A stretch of 64,000 nt of DNA, from positions 3,416-67,415 of the forward strand of contig LSSG01000053.1 of the NCBI GenBank assembly GCA_001595915.1, in the 5' to 3' direction. The notes beneath the pieces were generated by a model. That model saw only the letters and a list, made by a program, of their open reading frames with translations. It did no database searches and was not told the DNA's origin. Source of the stretch: Thermoplasmatales archaeon SG8-52-3. Its GTDB lineage: Archaea > Thermoplasmatota > E2 > DHVEG-1. Positions 58,393 to 64,000 of the stretch are shown piece by piece. The first letter of the stretch is position 1. The number at the start of each line of letters is the position of its first letter. A program made the translations under genes and the position numbers.

Positions 58393-58818
58393 ATGGCAAA
58401 AGATATTTATACCAAAATTGGAAGCTGGGCATTCCTGATTGGCGTTCTTATTGCAATATTGGTTGGTCTTTATACTGCATTTACAATAGAATCTGAAGGT
58501 TCAGTAATAAACTCATTTATTTTTACTGAAACAGGTGGTTGGGTAATATGGGTTCTTGTAATAATTGGTGCAATTGTTGGAATTTTATCTTTTATTGGAA
58601 AAGGTACTATTACATCAAAAGAAGGTCCTACTTTTTTAATGGCTGGAATTGCTCTACTTGTCATGGCCGGTACATTCTGGGGCTGGACTGATGCTATAAC
58701 AGGACCCTGGATAGGAGCTTTATTTGCAGGTATTTCAATATGCTTAGCAATATTTGTTGCTCCAATTATTGGACTATTATCAATAAAAGCTATTTGGGAG
58801 ATGGGAAGAGAAGTTTAA
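58393..58818 (+). CDS. Four-TM hypothetical membrane protein (paralog of 44566-44991)
   Basis: Start MAKDIY after SD GGAGG; IGSWAFLIGVLIA...FVAP...SIKAIW. Confidence 0.8.
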   Translation: MAKDIYTKIGSWAFLIGVLIAILVGLYTAFTIESEGSVINSFIFTETGGWVIWVLVIIGAIVGILSFIGKGTITSKEGPTFLMAGIALLVMAGTFWGWTDAITGPWIGALFAGISICLAIFVAPIIGLLSIKAIWEMGREV

Positions 58819-58837
58819 AAATTCCTTTTTTCCTTTT

Positions 58838-58996
58838 TTAATAAATAAGATAATATAGCAAAATTGAAAAAATTCCAATTATTAAAAAAACAATCCAGAG
58901 TATATAAGCAAATTTGATTCTAACCAACCATTTAGCCTTTTTATCTGGCGTATCAAAAAATCTTCCAATTATTGGATCTTCTTCAATTCTAGTCAT
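58838..58996 (-). CDS. 52-aa single-TM protein directly after atpD (not in ORF track)
   Basis: MTRIEEDPIIGRFFDTPDKKAKWLVRIKFAYILWIVFLIIGIFSILLYYLIY; ATG 1 nt after the atpD stop. Confidence 0.65.
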   Translation of the reverse strand: MTRIEEDPIIGRFFDTPDKKAKWLVRIKFAYILWIVFLIIGIFSILLYYLIY

Positions 58997-58997
58997 T

Positions 58998-59639
58998 TTA
59001 TTTTTTTGATTCAAGTATAGCTTTGATTCTTTTTCTTCTTAAAAAATCCTCACGTTCTCGTTCCTCAAGCTGCATTTCTATATACTTACGTGTAGCAATA
59101 AGTTTTGGTATCAAATTGTTCTCAAGAACATTTACTCTTCTTTTTGTTTTCTCTATTTCCACAGCAAGAGATTTTACTCCAGCTTCAAGATCTGCTAATT
59201 CAATTAATTTCTTAAGAATATGAGAGAAATTTACTTGAGCATCATCAAGTTTTGAACATGTTTCAAAAAATCCATAGGATGGTTTTATTTCATTTTTTAA
59301 ATTTTCTGCATTAATATTTGGAATTTTTACACCCATGATATTATCTGTTTCAAATAGAATATCGCCAATATTTTCAGTTAAATAAGATGACTCTTCAACC
59401 TTTCTTTCACCTAAAATCATCTGAGCTTGAATTAATGATAGATATGCATCTTTGAATTGCCCATCTATATCTTTTGATAATTGATTTTTTTTATCGATTA
59501 TATCAAAGAATCTTTCTACAAGAGCATCTCTTTTTTCTTCCAATAGTTTATGGCCTTTTTTTGCAAGTATCAATTTCTTGCGAATATCAAGTAAATCCAT
59601 TCTTGTTGGGCTTACACCCTCAAGTATTTGTTCTGCCAT
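58998..59639 (-). CDS. atpD: A/V-type ATP synthase subunit D
   Basis: PTRMDL, GHKLLxxKRDAL, EIEKTKRRVNxLE, LEERERE. Confidence 0.96.
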   Translation of the reverse strand: MAEQILEGVSPTRMDLLDIRKKLILAKKGHKLLEEKRDALVERFFDIIDKKNQLSKDIDGQFKDAYLSLIQAQMILGERKVEESSYLTENIGDILFETDNIMGVKIPNINAENLKNEIKPSYGFFETCSKLDDAQVNFSHILKKLIELADLEAGVKSLAVEIEKTKRRVNVLENNLIPKLIATRKYIEMQLEEREREDFLRRKRIKAILESKK

Positions 59640-59641
59640 AA

Positions 59642-61036
59642 TTATTCTTTTTTATCTTTCTTTGGAAAATATTTCTCAATATATTTTTCATCGATTTTCT
59701 TAAGTTCAGATTTTGGAAGTTCTGAAAGAAGTTTCCAACCAATTGTCAGAGTATCAATAATACTTCTATTTTCATGAGTATCCTGAGTAACAAATTTTTT
59801 TTCAAATTCATCTGCAAATTTTAAGAATTTTCTATCTCTATCAGATAATGCATCTTCACCAACAATTGCTACAAGATCTCTTAAGTCACAACCTTCAGCA
59901 TAAGCTGCATAAAGTTGGTTTGATACCCCTGCATGATCCTCCCTAGTCCTATCTTTTCCAATTCCTCTATCCATAAGTCTAGATAAGCATGGAAGAACCG
60001 CAACAGGAGGATAAATATCCTTTTTATGAAGTCCTCTATTAAGAACAATTTGACCTTCAGTAATATAACCAGTTAAATCTGGGATTGGATGAGTGATATC
60101 ATCATCTGGCATAGTAAGCATTGGGATTTGTGTAATTGAACCTTTTTTTCCTTTAATTCTACCTGCTCGTTCATAAATTGTTGCAAGATCTGTATACATA
60201 TATCCAGGGTAACCTCTACGACCAGGAACTTCTTCTCTAGCTGCTGCAATTTCTCTTAGAGCTTCAGCATAATTCGTAAGATCTGTAAGAATAATTAAAA
60301 CCTGCATATTAAGATCAAATGCAAGATATTCAGCACAAGTAAGAGCCATTCTAGGAAGAATTATTCTTTCAATAGTTGGATCATCAGCAAGATTCAAAAA
60401 CATAACAGTTCTTTCAAGAGCACCTGTATTTTCAAAATCTTTTATGAATAAATTAGCTTCTTCAGCAGTAATACCCATTGCACAAAAAACAACAGCAAAG
60501 GTTTCTTCCCTTCCAAGAACCCTTGCTTGTCTAGCAATTTGAGCAGCCATTTCATTATGAGGAAGACCAGCTCCTGAAAAAATTGGTAATTTTTGACCAC
60601 GAACTAGTGTATTTAGTCCATCTATAGTTGAAATTCCTGTCTGAATAAACTCTCTTGGATACTCTCTAGCATAAGGATTAATTGGATTTCCATTGATATC
60701 TCTTCTATCATCAGGAATTATTGGTGGTGCATCATCAATAGGATTACCTGTTCCATCAAAAACACGACCTAAAATGTCTTTTGCAACACCAAGTTTCATA
60801 GTCTCTCCAATAAAACGAGCAGATGTGTTTTTAGTGTCAAGACCTTTAGTTCCTTCAAAAACTTGAACTATTGCTTTATCCATAAATGCTTCAAGTACTT
60901 GACCGGTTCGTTCTTCACCTGATGCTGTCCTAATCTTTACAACCTCATTATATGCAACATCTTTGATTCCTTCAACAACCATAAGAGGACCAGCAACTTC
61001 TGATACTGATGAATATTCGATATCCTTATTGCTCAT
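59642..61036 (-). CDS. atpB: A/V-type ATP synthase subunit B
   Basis: [42 protein letters not shown]. Confidence 0.97.
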   Translation of the reverse strand: MSNKDIEYSSVSEVAGPLMVVEGIKDVAYNEVVKIRTASGEERTGQVLEAFMDKAIVQVFEGTKGLDTKNTSARFIGETMKLGVAKDILGRVFDGTGNPIDDAPPIIPDDRRDINGNPINPYAREYPREFIQTGISTIDGLNTLVRGQKLPIFSGAGLPHNEMAAQIARQARVLGREETFAVVFCAMGITAEEANLFIKDFENTGALERTVMFLNLADDPTIERIILPRMALTCAEYLAFDLNMQVLIILTDLTNYAEALREIAAAREEVPGRRGYPGYMYTDLATIYERAGRIKGKKGSITQIPMLTMPDDDITHPIPDLTGYITEGQIVLNRGLHKKDIYPPVAVLPCLSRLMDRGIGKDRTREDHAGVSNQLYAAYAEGCDLRDLVAIVGEDALSDRDRKFLKFADEFEKKFVTQDTHENRSIIDTLTIGWKLLSELPKSELKKIDEKYIEKYFPKKDKKE

Positions 61037-61037
61037 T

Positions 61038-62816
61038 TTAGTCACCCCGCTTAATAAGAGCTTCTAACTCTTTATCCATTTCTTTTTCAATTTCCACAAA
61101 TCTCTTTCCAAATTCCCTATTTGGAACAGTTTTCATTCTAGCAAGATTTTCACAGGATTTCATAGCTAATATATCATCCATATGAACGTTTTTTTCAACT
61201 GCATGTTGTATCTTATCAGAAAAATCAAGAGCGAGTCTTAACATCTCATATTGTTTTTTACCAGGACAATAAGTATCAATTTCATGAAATGCACTCTGCT
61301 GAAGGAAGTCTTCTCTAATCATCCTAGCACTTTCAAGTAAAGCTCTTTCTCTTGGAGGTAGAGCATCAGGACCAACTAGTTTTACAATTTCTTCAAGTTC
61401 TGATTCTTTTTGAAGTAAAGCCATTGCTTTATTTCTAAGTTTAAGCCAATCTTTTCCTATCTCCTTACCCCACCAGTCCTTTATTTCATCAAGATATAAT
61501 GAATAAGATTTTAACCAATTTATAGATGGAAAATGTCTTCTATCAGCAAGATCAGCATCAAGAGCCCAAAAAACCTTAACAATGCGAAGTGTATTTTGGG
61601 CAACAGGTTCTGAAAAATCTCCACCAGGAGGAGACACCGCACCCATTACAGAAACAGATCCTTCCCTATCTTTAGAGCCTAGAAGTCTAACTCTACCTGC
61701 TCTTTCATAAAATTCCGCAAGTCTAGATGCAAGATAAGCAGGATACCCTTCCTCACCAGGCATCTCTTCAAGACGACCAGAAATTTCTCTCATCGCTTCA
61801 GCTAGTCTAGATGTACTGTCAGCCATTAATGCAACATCATAACCCATATCTCTATAATATTCTGCAATAGTAATTCCAGTATATACACTAGCATCTCTTG
61901 CAGCAACTGGCATATTTGAAGTATTTGCAATCAGAACAGTACGATTCATTAAAGGTTCACCAGATTTGGGGTCTTCAAGTTCTGGAAACTCCCTAAGTAC
62001 ATCAGTCATTTCATTTCCACGTTCACCACATCCAACATAAATAACAACTTGGGCATCACTCCATTTTGCCAATTGATGGAGCATTACTGTTTTTCCAGTT
62101 CCAAATCCACCAGGAATTGCAGCAGTACCTCCTTTTGCTACAGGAAAAAATGTATCAATAATTCGTTGACCAGTAATTAAAGGAAGAGTTGGGTCAAATT
62201 TTTTTGCAATTGGTCTTGGTTTTCTGACAGGCCATTTTTGCATCATTTGTAATTTTATATCACCCTTATCAGTTGAAACAAGAGCAATATCATCCTCAAC
62301 TGTGTAGTCACCTTCTTTATAAATTTTTAAAATCTTTCCACTAACATCAGGTGGTACTATTATTTTATGTAAAATAATTGAAGTTTCCTGGACTTCCCCA
62401 ATAACATCACAACCATTTACCATATCTCCTGCTTTTAAAAGAGGTTTGAAATGCCATTTCTTATTTCTATCAAGAGCAGGTACTTCAACACCACGCTCAA
62501 TGAAATCACCAGTTTTTTCATAAATACCAGGAAGTGGTCTTTGAATTCCATCATAAATGTTAGTAAGAAGTCCTGGACCTAATTCCACAGATAGAGGCAT
62601 ACCTGTAGAAATTACCTTTTCACCAGGTTTTAAACCAACAGTGTCTTCATAAACCTGAATAATAGCATTATCCTTATCTAGACGAATAATTTCACCAATC
62701 AAATTTGCCTCTCCAACCCTAACAACATCATACATCTTTGCCCCACGCATACCATCTGCTTCAATAACAGGTCCAGAGATTCTGACTATTTTCCCTTTTT
62801 GTAACTCTTTTGTCAT
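61038..62816 (-). CDS. atpA: A/V-type ATP synthase subunit A
   Basis: [41 protein letters not shown]; start after SD GGAGG; no intein. Confidence 0.97.
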   Translation of the reverse strand: MTKELQKGKIVRISGPVIEADGMRGAKMYDVVRVGEANLIGEIIRLDKDNAIIQVYEDTVGLKPGEKVISTGMPLSVELGPGLLTNIYDGIQRPLPGIYEKTGDFIERGVEVPALDRNKKWHFKPLLKAGDMVNGCDVIGEVQETSIILHKIIVPPDVSGKILKIYKEGDYTVEDDIALVSTDKGDIKLQMMQKWPVRKPRPIAKKFDPTLPLITGQRIIDTFFPVAKGGTAAIPGGFGTGKTVMLHQLAKWSDAQVVIYVGCGERGNEMTDVLREFPELEDPKSGEPLMNRTVLIANTSNMPVAARDASVYTGITIAEYYRDMGYDVALMADSTSRLAEAMREISGRLEEMPGEEGYPAYLASRLAEFYERAGRVRLLGSKDREGSVSVMGAVSPPGGDFSEPVAQNTLRIVKVFWALDADLADRRHFPSINWLKSYSLYLDEIKDWWGKEIGKDWLKLRNKAMALLQKESELEEIVKLVGPDALPPRERALLESARMIREDFLQQSAFHEIDTYCPGKKQYEMLRLALDFSDKIQHAVEKNVHMDDILAMKSCENLARMKTVPNREFGKRFVEIEKEMDKELEALIKRGD

Positions 62817-62837
62817 GTATTTTGCCTCCAAATATAT

Positions 62838-63152
62838 CTATCCTTTTTCTACCTCAACTCCAACTGCTTTTTTAATTAAATGTGAAATATAATCCACATG
62901 ATCCTTTATTCTTCCTTTTTTATCAGGAATTTCAACAATTATTGGTGTATCATGACTTAATCTGTAATCCTTAAGATATTTCCCAAGAGATTCGACAATT
63001 TTCTCTGTTATAAATAATATTCCAATATCGTCTCTTTCACAGATTTTATTCCATATCTCTTTATCATTTCCATCTGGAACAAAAACGTCGTGAACACCAG
63101 TAAGTCTAAAACCAACTGCAGTATCTTTGTCACCTAAAACTGCTATTTTCAA
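62838..63152 (-). CDS. atpF: A/V-type ATP synthase subunit F
   Basis: KIAVLGDxDTxxGFRLxG, P.IVEIP, IKKAVG. Confidence 0.95.
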   Translation of the reverse strand: MKIAVLGDKDTAVGFRLTGVHDVFVPDGNDKEIWNKICERDDIGILFITEKIVESLGKYLKDYRLSHDTPIIVEIPDKKGRIKDHVDYISHLIKKAVGVEVEKG

Positions 63153-64000
63153 GAGCCTACCTCCATTACTAAATAGCTTTTATATGTTTCAGATGAAAGA
63201 CCTTCAGATATTGCCTTTGAAACAATCTTTAAATTCTCAATTTCAAATTCCTTTGAAACAATATATCTTATTGTTGGACCTATTGTTACATAATTTTTTG
63301 TTGATATATTTTCAACAAGTTTTAAAAGATTAGAATCAAGAGCATTTTCAAGAATCTGGACTGATTTTGAAGTATTATATTCTTCAATTACATTTTTTAA
63401 GGAATCAAAATAAGAAGTACCTTCAAGACTCGAAATTACATGAGGAACAGAATCTTGTTCTGCAATTACCGAAAATTTCCATGAAGCAATTTCTTGTCCT
63501 TCACCAATAAATAATTTTTTACATGCGTCCAAATCATATCCAAGTTGCTTTGCTCTTAGAATATTCTTAATCGTAATTGTGTCAATTAATGTTCCAACAA
63601 ACTTTTGTTTAGCATTTTCACATTTGTATGGTACTTTTGTATTTTTGAATTTTTTGATTATATATTTTTCAATCTCTGTATCAATTTTTAAAAATTCATA
63701 ATTTTCTTCAATTATAGTATCTATTAAATCTTTTTCAAAACCATAATCTTTCAAAGTTTCAGGTAAATTTTGCTTTTCTGATTCGATAATTTTTTGTAAA
63801 AGATTCTTTGATTTCGGTAGAATAACAGAATCAATTGTTCTATCATCTATTTTTTTTTCTTCAAGCTTAGTTTTTATTGTATTTTTTATGAGATAGATAT
63901 CATACTTCTCAAGGAAATTATTGAAAAAATCTTTCATCTTTTTTGAACTTTCTTTTTGCATCATCTTAATTGTTTGAATTAAATTATCATCTAATGACTG
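63149..64000 (-). CDS. atpC: A/V-type ATP synthase subunit C (5' end outside the window)
   Basis: Frame open to the edge; IDxxxIKxILRAK, KExEIxNLKI; directly upstream of subunit F. Confidence 0.85.
   Translation of the reverse strand, partial: QSLDDNLIQTIKMMQKESSKKMKDFFNNFLEKYDIYLIKNTIKTKLEEKKIDDRTIDSVILPKSKNLLQKIIESEKQNLPETLKDYGFEKDLIDTIIEENYEFLKIDTEIEKYIIKKFKNTKVPYKCENAKQKFVGTLIDTITIKNILRAKQLGYDLDACKKLFIGEGQEIASWKFSVIAEQDSVPHVISSLEGTSYFDSLKNVIEEYNTSKSVQILENALDSNLLKLVENISTKNYVTIGPTIRYIVSKEFEIENLKIVSKAISEGLSSETYKSYLVMEVGS

Noticed and set aside
56214..62816. Inteins in lonB or atpA (known insertion hosts)
   Set aside because: Both proteins are normal length with uninterrupted motifs
4851..63333. 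Many 60-120 aa track ORFs antisense or out of frame within larger genes (e.g. 4851-5051, 20364-20603, 24577-24909, 27178-27543, 56401-56646, 63127-63333)
   Set aside because: They overlap well-supported genes and show no motifs of their own

Overview
AT-rich archaeal chromosome segment. Evidence for Archaea: the pus10-rpl21e-rpoF-DUF655-rsmA cluster, A/V-type ATPase C-F-A-B-D, membrane LonB, Hef, Nop5, archaeal LeuRS, BRE/TATA promoters and GGAGG/GGTGA Shine-Dalgarno (SD) sites. The style of the secreted proteins suggests a sediment Thermoplasmatota (MBG-D/DHVEG-1-like); this is inference only. Positions 1-17.9 kb form an accessory surface glycan/lipid modification region: five radical SAM enzymes, a BtaA/DUF3419 protein, sulfotransferase, deacetylase, GT4, DegT, epimerase, GNAT and an apparently secreted LanC-like protein. 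It abuts the 3' end of tRNA-Pro(GGG). The rest is mostly housekeeping and transport genes mixed with lineage-specific secreted proteins and unannotated microproteins. Best leads: (i) two riboswitch-like pseudoknotted 5' leaders (24097-24160 +, and 37057-37136 - ahead of a Na+/solute symporter operon) plus a GC-clamped hairpin with an anti-SD loop (45305-45359); (ii) a LanC-like protein with a complete Zn/catalytic motif set and a signal peptide, but no lanthipeptide partners; (iii) a C-terminal domain and tail shared by two unrelated exported proteins, a candidate sorting signal; (iv) three genes that seem to start at ATT or CTG behind good SD sites. No CRISPR, rRNA, transposase, integrase or intein was seen. 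All family calls come from motif recognition by eye, not database searches.
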